64,000 bases of DNA from a virus (lineage: Duplodnaviria > Caudoviricetes), in the IMG/VR virus record IMGVR_UViG_3300012916_000002, positions 908-64,907 of that record. One strand, given 5' to 3'. This document shows positions 19,220 through 27,544 of the stretch, one piece after another. The notes beneath the pieces are model-generated. The model worked only from the letters and a program-made list of their open reading frames with translations. It was not told where the DNA came from and made no database searches. Both the position numbers and the translations under genes were made by a program. How positions within the stretch are numbered: the stretch's first letter is position 1; each line of letters opens with the position of its first letter.

Positions 19220-19792
19220 TTAGCGCTCCCAGCCTTCGGGTTCGACGACGAAGATGCCGACGCCGCTCGCGCCCATCAGGGTCTCGTTCCGGACGAGCAG
19301 GCCTTCGCCGGGTTCGATGACCAGCGGGTGCTCGTCGCCTGGCACCCAGAGCTTGTCGAAGCCCGGTAGCGTGCCGTGCGCGCCGACTGAGAGGACTGGC
19401 TGCGCCGCGATCGTGTGCGTGCCCGCGGTGAGCGCGCCCGTGTCCGCGATGCGCGCCGTCGCGATCGATGCCGTCGCCTGGCTCGTGACCTTCTTCGCGG
19501 GCGTGATCGCGGTCGCGCCGGTGTGCGCCACCGTATACGCGGTCATCTTGAAGACCGCCAGGCGCACGGCTTGCGCCGCGCCGAAGGCGACGAGCGGAAT
19601 GAACGCGAGCCGGAGCGACGCGAGATGGATCGTCTTGCCCGAGCCCGTCGGGTTCCGGAGCGCGTAGACGTGGCCCGCCGAGCTCGTGCCCGCGGCGATG
19701 ACCGTCGCTTGCCCGCTCGCTCCGCCATACGCGAAGAACGGTGACTTGATGTTGCGACCCTTGTCGATAAAGTAGCTGCGTGGTGTTGTCAT
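19220..19792 (-). CDS. hypothetical (probable virion) protein
   Basis: 190 aa, Ala/Thr/Gly-rich beta-type; GAGG SD; last gene of minus-strand tail operon. Confidence 0.7.
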   Translation of the reverse strand: MTTPRSYFIDKGRNIKSPFFAYGGASGQATVIAAGTSSAGHVYALRNPTGSGKTIHLASLRLAFIPLVAFGAAQAVRLAVFKMTAYTVAHTGATAITPAKKVTSQATASIATARIADTGALTAGTHTIAAQPVLSVGAHGTLPGFDKLWVPGDEHPLVIEPGEGLLVRNETLMGASGVGIFVVEPEGWER

Positions 19793-19858
19793 ATGACCTC
19801 GACGCCTTTCGTGTTTGGAGGTACCCGCACTCCTGATCGGGCGCCGCGGGCTCGAGCA

Positions 19859-20179
19859 TTAGTCGAGCGGGCAGAAGAGTCCGGGCAACGTCGGCAGCAG
19901 CGGCAGCGCCGGGATCGCTGGCAGCGGTAGCGCGAAGCCGAGCGTCGGCGGCGAGGGCAAGCCGGGCAGGGCGAAGCCGAGCTCGAGGCTGAGCGTCGGC
20001 GGAACGGGCAGCGAGGGCAGGGCGGGTAGCCCGAGGGCGAAGCCGAGCGTCGGCAGCGAGGGTAGCCCCGGCAGCCCGAGCGTGAGCCCGGGCAGCGTCG
20101 GCGGGATCGGCAAGCCGGGCAGAGCGGGCAACGGTAGCGCGAAGCCGAGCGTCGGCGGCGACGGTAGGTGGCAGCTCAC
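19859..20179 (-). CDS. Pro/Leu/Gly repeat protein
   Basis: 106 aa; three 'PTLGFAL' repeats (DNA repeat GAAGCCGAGCGTCGGC at 19934, 20039, 20141); GTGA coupling. Confidence 0.6.
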   Translation of the reverse strand: MSCHLPSPPTLGFALPLPALPGLPIPPTLPGLTLGLPGLPSLPTLGFALGLPALPSLPVPPTLSLELGFALPGLPSPPTLGFALPLPAIPALPLLPTLPGLFCPLD

Positions 20180-20538
20180 GCTAGCGTGTCGTCCGAATAG
20201 ACGAACTTGATCAGGAGCCCGGTCGCCGAAGCGAACCCCATCAGCTCGTTGAGGGAGCCAACGCCCAGGCCCTTCATGCCCTGGCCGGCGTACTGCGCAA
20301 CGGGGTAACTGGTCGCCTTGGCGGGGATGGGCGCCGCGAATGCGAAGTCGGCGTTCGCGACGGTGAGTATCGCTGCCGCTCCCATGCCGGCGGTCAGATC
20401 GATGGAGGCTGCCGTCGTGTTGGTGGCGTACACCGCCCGCACCCAGCGGTTGACGAGCGCGTTGGCGATGAGGAGACGGTTGGCCGGCGTCGTGTTCACG
20501 GTGCCGACTGCGATGGTGATGGAGTTGGGTACGAGCAT
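20176..20538 (-). CDS. hypothetical (probable virion) protein
   Basis: 120 aa, Ala-rich; coupled within tail operon. Confidence 0.65.
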   Translation of the reverse strand: MLVPNSITIAVGTVNTTPANRLLIANALVNRWVRAVYATNTTAASIDLTAGMGAAAILTVANADFAFAAPIPAKATSYPVAQYAGQGMKGLGVGSLNELMGFASATGLLIKFVYSDDTLA

Positions 20539-20539
20539 T

Positions 20540-22246
20540 TCAGGTTCTCACTACGGTTAGGGTGGCCTCGCCTGCAGCAGCGCGATCGATGCGCAGGAAG
20601 ATTGACGCGGCAGCCGCTACCGTGGCCGTCGCTGTAGCGTTGTCGGACTTGAGCCCCGCCGTCGCCGTCGCGAACGTCTGCGTGGGCGTGGCCGCATCGG
20701 GCAGCACCACGCTGCCAGCGCCAGCCGCTGCCGTGCGCCATGACGAAGCCGTACCTGCGGCGGTCGAGAGGCGCAGCTGGGCGTCGAGGATGCGGACCGC
20801 GAACGGCGCCGCCCAGGTCACCGCGTCCACGTCGGTACCGGCTGCGCCCGTGGCGCTGAAGGGCAGCCGCACCGTGAAGGGCACGCCGATGTTGGCTGCG
20901 ACGGGGGCCAGTGTGCCAGGCGCAACCAGACGGTCAACGACCTGCAACCGCCCGTTGAATTCCCACACGAGCACGGTGTCGAGCTGCGACTCGAGCACGT
21001 AGTCGAGCCCGTTCGGCGTGAAGAACTTTAGGGAGCTACCCGCGTCGTTGTGCTTGAGAGTGAGGCTGCCGCCGGTTCCAAACTTGCCGATGACAAACCA
21101 GGCGCCAGCGGATCCACCCGTGATGCTGAGCCCAGTCCAGATGACGTTGCCGCCACTCGGCGCCACGTCGAGCAGCTTGACGCCCGCCGCGACAACCACG
21201 TTGTGATAGGTGCCCGCCGGCACCGTCGCGCCGGTGAAGCCTGCGACGCGGATGTTCTCTCCCTGTTGAGCACCCGTCAGATCCTGCAGCGTCCCGGCGA
21301 CGCCCGCGAGGGCCACGCCCTTGACCGTGCCGAGCGCGCCGCCCGTGATGCCGGCTCCCGTCGGCCCTTGCAGTCCCTGCTCGCCGTCGACGCCATCGAG
21401 CCCGGCTGGTCCCTGTGGACCCATGGGGCCCGTCGCACCCGTTGCGCCCTGAGATCCCATCGGACCCTCGGGGCCGTCTACGCCATCGTTGCCGACTGGA
21501 CCTTGTGCGCCCGTTGCCCCGGTGGCGCCTGTCGCGCCCGTGTCACCCGTCGCGCCCGTTGCACCGACAGGTCCGGTTGCGCCCGTGGGTCCGGTCGCGC
21601 CTGCAGCTCCCGGATCGCCGGGCTCACCATTGATGCCGTCCATACCGGGGGCACCGGTTGCGCCCGTCGCGCCCGTGGCTCCCATCGGACCCGGATCGCC
21701 ATCGATACCGTTGACGCCATCGGCGCCGGCCGCTCCGGGCAGACCTTGAATGCCCTGCGGACCCGTCGCACCGGGCGCACCATCGGCGCCGTTGCTGCCG
21801 TCCAAGCCATCATTGCCCGGCCCACCCGTGGCTCCGGTTGGTCCGGTAGGCCCCGTTGCGCCCGTCGCGCCGACGGCACCCGCTGCTCCCGTTGCGCCCG
21901 TGTCACCGGTTGCGCCTGCAGGTCCGGTCGCACCCGTCGCGCCGGTGGGCCCTGCCGCGCCGGTCGCACCGGTAGCTCCCGTCGGTCCGGTAGGCCCCGT
22001 CGGTCCGGTCTCACCTGACGGGCCTTCGCCCTCGATATGCTCGTTGATCTGCTCGGCGAGCGGGATGCCGAACGCGCGAGCCATCTTCGCGAGCGACTCC
22101 TGAGCGCCGGGCGAATTGGTCGTCGGCAGGTCGCCGGGCGCTGCGTCGTACTCGTCCTCGAGCGCGTCGTAGAGAACCTTCGCTAGACCCGTGCCGGTCG
22201 AGCTGCCGTCGCCGGCAATCGTCACGGACCCTGGAGTTAATGCCAC
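20540..22246 (-). CDS. collagen-like tail fibre protein
   Basis: About 75 uninterrupted Gly-X-Y triplets (GAT/GPT/GxD) between globular N- and C-terminal domains. Confidence 0.9.
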   Translation of the reverse strand: MALTPGSVTIAGDGSSTGTGLAKVLYDALEDEYDAAPGDLPTTNSPGAQESLAKMARAFGIPLAEQINEHIEGEGPSGETGPTGPTGPTGATGATGAAGPTGATGATGPAGATGDTGATGAAGAVGATGATGPTGPTGATGGPGNDGLDGSNGADGAPGATGPQGIQGLPGAAGADGVNGIDGDPGPMGATGATGATGAPGMDGINGEPGDPGAAGATGPTGATGPVGATGATGDTGATGATGATGAQGPVGNDGVDGPEGPMGSQGATGATGPMGPQGPAGLDGVDGEQGLQGPTGAGITGGALGTVKGVALAGVAGTLQDLTGAQQGENIRVAGFTGATVPAGTYHNVVVAAGVKLLDVAPSGGNVIWTGLSITGGSAGAWFVIGKFGTGGSLTLKHNDAGSSLKFFTPNGLDYVLESQLDTVLVWEFNGRLQVVDRLVAPGTLAPVAANIGVPFTVRLPFSATGAAGTDVDAVTWAAPFAVRILDAQLRLSTAAGTASSWRTAAAGAGSVVLPDAATPTQTFATATAGLKSDNATATATVAAAASIFLRIDRAAAGEATLTVVRT

Positions 22247-22296
22247 CCTGCCGCTCTCCGATCGAGAAGCGGTCGCGCCTGCTGGCGCTCAGGGTA

Positions 22297-23046
22297 TCAC
22301 ACGGGGCTGATGAAGACGCTCGCGCTCGCCGGTGTCATCGGGCCGCCGATCATCTGCACGCCCGCCTCCGCGGCGCGCCCGAGGTAGACGTTGCCCTTGA
22401 GCAGCACGCGCTCGGCTTGGAGCGTGAGCTCACCGTCGGTCATGCGCAGGAACGTCGAGCCGCCGACGGACGCGACGATGCCCGGGCCCGAGCCCACGCC
22501 GGTCTTCTCGCTCAGCGTGAAGAAGACGCCGTCGCCGTGGACCAGGCTGATCGAGCTCGCGTCGTCGCTCGGGTTGATGATGATCGCGTGGGCTTTCTGC
22601 GGCACGCCGTCGCCGTCGAAGTCGTACGGGACATAGAGCGTGGTCACATTGCCGCGCTTCGAGCCCGTCGGATCGGCGGTCATCGAGTGCGAGAGGAAGG
22701 CGCCGCCATAGCCGGCGAACATGAGCTGGCCCTCGCGCGGCGTCGTCGCCGCTCCGCCCGGGTTGAGGGCGCGGTGCAGGCGGAGGTCACGGAAGGCGAA
22801 CGGGAGCAGGCCGTCCTCGGTCCGCACCGAGAGCGCCTCCGCGAAGAGGTCGGCGTCGGGCGGGAGCGGGCGCCCGATTACCCCGAGCGATTGATAGACC
22901 TCCTGCTCGTGCGCCTGCTCGCCCTGATCGTCGCCGGGCTCGAAGCCCGCGATGCCGGCGACGTTAAAGAGCGTCGCGCCGTTCGTCGCGCCGATGCTCG
23001 ACGCGATCACCCGGCAGAACTCGACGACGTTGTTGATGAGGCTCAC
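22297..23046 (-). CDS. baseplate spike protein, Mu gp45/gpV-like
   Basis: 'EVYQSLGVIGRP...AEAL..AFRDLRL...EGQLMF..YG' matches the gp45 OB-fold pattern. Confidence 0.7.
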   Translation of the reverse strand: MSLINNVVEFCRVIASSIGATNGATLFNVAGIAGFEPGDDQGEQAHEQEVYQSLGVIGRPLPPDADLFAEALSVRTEDGLLPFAFRDLRLHRALNPGGAATTPREGQLMFAGYGGAFLSHSMTADPTGSKRGNVTTLYVPYDFDGDGVPQKAHAIIINPSDDASSISLVHGDGVFFTLSEKTGVGSGPGIVASVGGSTFLRMTDGELTLQAERVLLKGNVYLGRAAEAGVQMIGGPMTPASASVFISPV

Positions 23047-23061
23047 CCGCCGGCGAGTGTA

Positions 23062-23943
23062 TCACGGGCGGGAGAAGGGTAGCGGCTCCTGCCGTTCGTC
23101 GAGCTGGCGCCGAGCTGGACGAGGAGCAGCTTTGACCGGGATCACCGAATCGTTCTCTCGATCGATGATCGCAGAGTGGCCGCCCGCGGCGTGAAGCTCT
23201 TCGAGAGCGCGGCCCAGCTTTCGGCGAAATTCTTTCAGCGAGGCTCCCGATCCTGAGAGCTCGTGGATCTGGCTGACGCTCACCGGCTTTCGAAAGCGCG
23301 AGAAGAAGAGTTGCAACCACAACGCGAGCGGCTTGTTCTGCAGCGTCATGCGCTGCTCCCAGTCCACCGTTCCGAAGCCCTCGGACAAGAGCTTCGCCAC
23401 GTCACGCGGGATCAGCACGGCGAACGCGGACTGGTTGCCGACATCCTGCTCCGCCAAGTCATCGTCGGGCCGCTCGAGGATCTTCTTCGCGAACCGCTTG
23501 CGGCTGCCATCCTGTTGGATGATGAGGTCCGTCGCGCAGAGTTGCGCGATCCAGGTCTTCAACTGCTCGCGTTGCGACTTGCCCTTGTGCCTGCCGATGA
23601 GGCGTAGCAGTTGCGCTGCCGTGAAGATGACGAGTGCGCCCTCTGGCAAGCCGCGCGCGAGATGCATGATGCCCATCCACACATCGGCGTGAACCTGGTT
23701 CAGTCGCGGCCCGGTGTAGATCACCGTCAATCCGTTGATGCTCGCCAGCGCTTCACGGGTGACTTGGCGATTCCTCTTCACCGCGCCGAATACCGCGCTG
23801 AAGATGAAGTCCTCGGGCATGGCTCGACGAGCGTCGGGCCAGAACGCGAGCTGGTAGACGCGCGCGTCCTCGCGCTTCTGAAAGGCCTCCAGTACCGGGC
23901 CGGCGATGGCTTCGATGATCGAGTCGCGGGTTGTGTTTGCCAT
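23062..23943 (-). CDS. trfA: plasmid replication initiator, TrfA family
   Basis: 'QLAFWPDARRAMPEDFIFSAVF', 'YTGPRLNQVHADVW', 'FTAAQLLRLIG', 'WEQRMTL..PLALWL..FFS', 'FRRKLGRALEEL' colinear with RK2 TrfA as recalled; GGAGG SD. Confidence 0.88.
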   Translation of the reverse strand: MANTTRDSIIEAIAGPVLEAFQKREDARVYQLAFWPDARRAMPEDFIFSAVFGAVKRNRQVTREALASINGLTVIYTGPRLNQVHADVWMGIMHLARGLPEGALVIFTAAQLLRLIGRHKGKSQREQLKTWIAQLCATDLIIQQDGSRKRFAKKILERPDDDLAEQDVGNQSAFAVLIPRDVAKLLSEGFGTVDWEQRMTLQNKPLALWLQLFFSRFRKPVSVSQIHELSGSGASLKEFRRKLGRALEELHAAGGHSAIIDRENDSVIPVKAAPRPARRQLDERQEPLPFSRP

Positions 23944-24017
23944 GAGCGGGGCGCCTCCCTTCCGGCCGATCTACCGGATTTCCGACCCTACGTGAACCCG
24001 GGTGATTCCCTCGGGGG

Positions 24018-24097
24018 GCTTCTGAGACACCGGGCCCTAGCTTCTGAGACACCGAGGGGGGGCTTCTGGGCCACCCGAGGGGGCTTCTGGGCCACCG
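24018..24097. repeat. four iterons (GCTTCTGRGMCACCS), plasmid origin oriV-like
   Basis: 15-bp units at 24018, 24040, 24062, 24083 (periods 22, 22, 21 bp), directly upstream of trfA. Confidence 0.85.
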
Positions 24098-24157
24098 GCT
24101 AGACAAGCGACGCGGAAACATGCCTATATTCCGCGCGCGTTTCTTGAGCTTCCAGGT

Positions 24158-24206
24158 GGATCCGCTTTTCTCCGGATCCGGATCCCAAGTTTTAAACTCC
24201 GGATCC
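24158..24206. repeat. cluster of four GGATCC hexamers around an AT-rich patch next to the iterons
   Basis: GGATCC at 24158, 24174, 24180, 24201; AAGTTTTAAA between the last two. Confidence 0.7.
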
Positions 24207-24276
24207 GAAGGACCTGACAGGTAGCGCGCGCGTGTATGACACTTGCAATCGGCCGGCCGCGACGCACAATCGGGTC

Positions 24277-24501
24277 ATGACTAGGTTCGGCCGAAGCCCC
24301 GCGCGATGGCGCCCGTGCTGCGGCGCGTGCCGCTCCGAGCGCCTGCTCTTGACCCACGACGCGCGGCCCGCCGCGAGCGACCAGGCGCAGTGCGAGGACT
24401 GCGGCGCCGGCTGGGATGGCTCGTCGCTGAGCCTCGCCGAAGCCGCCGACCGCCCGCCGCCTCCGCCCGGGCGAGCGCAGCAGTTCTTCGCCGAGGCCTG
24501 A
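24277..24501 (+). CDS. small zinc-ribbon-like protein
   Basis: CxxC (CGAC) and CxxC (CEDC); TTGCAA-16-CACAAT promoter 6 nt before ATG. Confidence 0.5.
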   Translation: MTRFGRSPARWRPCCGACRSERLLLTHDARPAASDQAQCEDCGAGWDGSSLSLAEAADRPPPPPGRAQQFFAEA

Positions 24502-24722
24502 TCCGCCCGGCCAGACTCGAGCCAGGCTGCGCCGGGAGCGCCTCGGACGGGGCTCCGGTGCCCCCTGCCGCCCGACGCCTCTACGGGGCGATTAGGCGGC
24601 TCCGTGCCGGTCGACGGGGCACGGCGCACCGGGTTAAAGTTCCGCCGCCCGATAGTCGGGTGACCAAGACGGCCCTTCCTGGTTCATGCCTGGACCGGGA
24701 GGGGCCCGAACTAACGCCCCCG

Positions 24723-24956
24723 ATGACCATGAGCGACGCCCGCAAGCTGCCGGAAGAGCCATTCGAATATCTCGCTCGCGACTGGCGCGAAGCGCTCGAG
24801 CGCTTCCGAGCGAACGGCGGCCGGGAGTGCGCGCCCGGCTGCGAGTGCCCGATGAGCCAGGCGCTCGATGCCGTCGAGCGCTTCATCGCGATCGTCGAAG
24901 GCTTCGAGCGAGGTGAGATCGTCGAGGGCGGGCTGCCGTACGAGCCGAAGCCATGA
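24723..24956 (+). CDS. hypothetical protein
   Basis: 77 aa, good codon pattern; coupled (ATGA) to a 50-aa ORF at 24953-25105. Confidence 0.55.
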   Translation: MTMSDARKLPEEPFEYLARDWREALERFRANGGRECAPGCECPMSQALDAVERFIAIVEGFERGEIVEGGLPYEPKP

Positions 24957-25152
24957 GCGACACCGACTTCGCGCGAGATAACGGGCTCACATTGGCGAGG
25001 GCGCGCCGACAGCTCATCGGAGTCATGCGGCTGCGAGCCTTCCTTCTATGCCTGCAGGCGGATTCGATCGCGCGAGCGATCATCGGCAGACGCCGCAAGC
25101 GGTGAATGGCGCCCTCGCCGGGCGCACTCAACGATCGCATTCAAATCATCAG

Positions 25153-25226
<74 letters not shown>

Positions 25227-25233
25227 GGCCTGC

Positions 25234-26382
25234 CTATAGCACCCAGACGCCTTGCTTGACGAGCGTGATGTGCGAGACGTCGCCCTGGCTCGCGTTGCGG
25301 CTGAGCTCGACGTCCTCGACGTAGTAGTTGCCGATGGCGCCTCCGAGGTGGGTCACGACGACATCGAAGACCGTGTCCGGTGACCACGGGAAGAGGTAGC
25401 TTCCCTCGGTGTAGCTGAGCCCGTCGACGCTCACGGTGATCCGATCGAGCGAGCGGTTGCGGCTCGCGTACTCTCGATTCGCTCGACCCGTCGCGAGCGC
25501 TCGGGTCTTGAGTGCCTCATCGTTGATGATGACGCTCCGGCGGAAGCCGCGCGCGATCAGGTCCTCGTTGTAGAGGAAGCTCGATAGCCGAGTCTTCGAG
25601 AAGTCTTTCCCGGCGCTGATGCCGAAGACGCCGAGCGCGGTCGGGCTCTGCGAGACGTCGTTGACGCGCTCGACCGAGAGGAGGTTATTCATCTGACCAT
25701 AGGGCGGGCGGTACATGCAGAGCATGCCCATCGGCTCTTGCTGGTCGTCGGGCGTGCCGACGATGATGCGCCCGTCGGGGCCATCCCAGTGAAGGAGGCC
25801 GTGCCGGCGGAGGTGCCGATCGACGGCTGAGAAGATCGACTCGGGCGGGCTGACCTTTGCCTGCTCCTCGGTGAGCGGCTCGAGCGGCTTCGGCGGGCGC
25901 TGCCCCTTCGAGCCCTTACCCGTCATGAGATCGCGGCTCACGTCCGAGCGGAACTGGAAGTCGCCCTCGTCGAGCCCGATGCCCTCGTAGCAGGCGAGCA
26001 CGAAGTCTTTGATGCTCGCTCCCTTGAGGCGGAGCCCCTGCGGCGCGCTCGCGACGATGGCGTCGCTCATCTTCGTCCGCACCGTGAAGCTCTGTACCGT
26101 GCCCTGCTGCGCGTCACACGGCGAGCTGAGCGCCTCGACGCGCCCGAAGAGCCGCGGTCGATCGTTGACGACCACGCAGAACTCGGAGCCGAGACCGCAG
26201 AGCGTCTGGATGCGCTGCCAGCCCGTCTCGTCCCCGAGCTCGAAGCTCGCTTCGGCGGGCGCGGTGATCGAGCTCCGCACCGAGAAGCTCGTCCAGTCCT
26301 GGAAGTTGAAGTCGAATAGCGTCGTGTTCCCCGGCACGCCGACCGCGTTCACCTTCACGACGTCGAGCGGCGAGCGACTCAC
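25234..26382 (-). CDS. baseplate hub protein, Mu gp44/P-like
   Basis: 'W.SFSVRSSI..PAEASFEL', 'KVSP.ESIF..VDR..R..GLL.W..PDG.IIVG', 'NNLLS'; position after gp43-like gene. Confidence 0.85.
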   Translation of the reverse strand: MSRSPLDVVKVNAVGVPGNTTLFDFNFQDWTSFSVRSSITAPAEASFELGDETGWQRIQTLCGLGSEFCVVVNDRPRLFGRVEALSSPCDAQQGTVQSFTVRTKMSDAIVASAPQGLRLKGASIKDFVLACYEGIGLDEGDFQFRSDVSRDLMTGKGSKGQRPPKPLEPLTEEQAKVSPPESIFSAVDRHLRRHGLLHWDGPDGRIIVGTPDDQQEPMGMLCMYRPPYGQMNNLLSVERVNDVSQSPTALGVFGISAGKDFSKTRLSSFLYNEDLIARGFRRSVIINDEALKTRALATGRANREYASRNRSLDRITVSVDGLSYTEGSYLFPWSPDTVFDVVVTHLGGAIGNYYVEDVELSRNASQGDVSHITLVKQGVWVL

Positions 26383-26603
26383 GGCGTCGACCTCGGCGCG
26401 TAGCGAGGGCCGGCGCTCGCTTCCGGATCGGGCTCCGCCGCCGGGCGCTCAGAGCGCCAGACCGCTTTGCCGTCCTTCATGCCGTGGAACCAGACGACGT
26501 TCGCGCGCTCCCACTCGAGCCGCACCTTCTGGGCCCATGCCGCGTAGGCGGCGGGGCGAGAGAGTAGCTCGCGGAAGGCGCGCTCGGCGTCGCTGTCAAT
26601 CAT
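26379..26603 (-). CDS. hypothetical protein
   Basis: 74 aa, 4-nt overlaps on both sides. Confidence 0.6.
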   Translation of the reverse strand: MIDSDAERAFRELLSRPAAYAAWAQKVRLEWERANVVWFHGMKDGKAVWRSERPAAEPDPEASAGPRYAPRSTP

Positions 26604-27544
26604 CGCGGCTGGCTTTCGAAGATCCGGATGACCTCGCCCCTCGTGAGATAGAGCGGGTCGGCGACGCGTGCGGCGTTGAGGTCCATCAGCTCTTCGGCGT
26701 CCTGGTCGACGCGCGCCGCGACCTCGATGATGCTCGTGACTTCGACGTCGATCACGAAGGCGACCGTCCGTGGCCGGCTCGACGTGCGCTCGTTCTCGGC
26801 GGCCGCCTCGCGGTCGAGCAGGATGCGGAGTTGGCGCTGCATCTCGCTGCCGCGCGGCTCGGAGAAGAGCCCGCCGCCGGCGTTCGCTGCCGTGGTCGCG
26901 GCGTCGATCATGCGCTGGATGGCCCGGCGGTGCGAGCGCACGACGGCGCCGAGGTCAGCGACGGAGCGGCCAGGCGCGAGGAGCAGGCCCTCGATCTCGG
27001 CGGCGAACTCGGTGAGCGAGAGCCCCGTGTCCGAGATGCCGTTGCGCTGCAGAGTGAACGTGGTCTGCTGGGCGATCTTGAGTAGCGTAGCGACGACGCT
27101 CGGCGGATTGAGCGCCGCCCGATCGAGAGACTCCTCGTTGTCCTCGATGAAGGTGAGCGTGAGCGACGCGGTGTCCTGCTGCTCGGGCGACTCCTTCCGC
27201 TCGTACGTCTCGGGTCGAGCGCGCACCTTGCCGACGGTCGGGAGCACGAGCGTGCCCGTCTCGGCCGTGTCGAAGCTCTTGAGGATCTGGCGGAGCCGCT
27301 GCGGATAGAGCGGTACGCCGTTCTGCACGGCCTCCTGGATCGAGTTGTTGAAGATCGCGGTGACCGTCCACGACCGCGGCTTGCTGCCCGTGTCCTCGAG
27401 CTTCGCGCCCTGGCGGTGCGGGCGCTGGTGCTGAACGATCCGCTTGCCACCGCTCTCGCTGATGTCGACGACCGGGAAGAAGAGCGGCTCGCCATCGCCG
27501 ACGCGCCAGCTCGCTGTCGGGTAAGCAGAAAAGATCTCGCTCAT
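26600..27544 (-). CDS. DNA circularization protein family (Mu gp43/N-like)
   Basis: 'ASWR....FFPV....SGGKRIVQHQRPHRQGAKLEDTG..PR.W.V.A.F', 'G.LVLPT.G'. Confidence 0.88.
   Translation of the reverse strand: MSEIFSAYPTASWRVGDGEPLFFPVVDISESGGKRIVQHQRPHRQGAKLEDTGSKPRSWTVTAIFNNSIQEAVQNGVPLYPQRLRQILKSFDTAETGTLVLPTVGKVRARPETYERKESPEQQDTASLTLTFIEDNEESLDRAALNPPSVVATLLKIAQQTTFTLQRNGISDTGLSLTEFAAEIEGLLLAPGRSVADLGAVVRSHRRAIQRMIDAATTAANAGGGLFSEPRGSEMQRQLRILLDREAAAENERTSSRPRTVAFVIDVEVTSIIEVAARVDQDAEELMDLNAARVADPLYLTRGEVIRIFESQPR

Noticed and set aside
24018-24097. Short regularly spaced repeats as a CRISPR array
   Set aside because: Spacers are only 6-7 bp and there are no cas genes; they fit iterons next to trfA
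24635-24655. Sigma-28 promoter (TAAAGTT...CCCGATAG)
   Set aside because: The spacer between TAAA and the CCGATA box is 9 nt, not about 15
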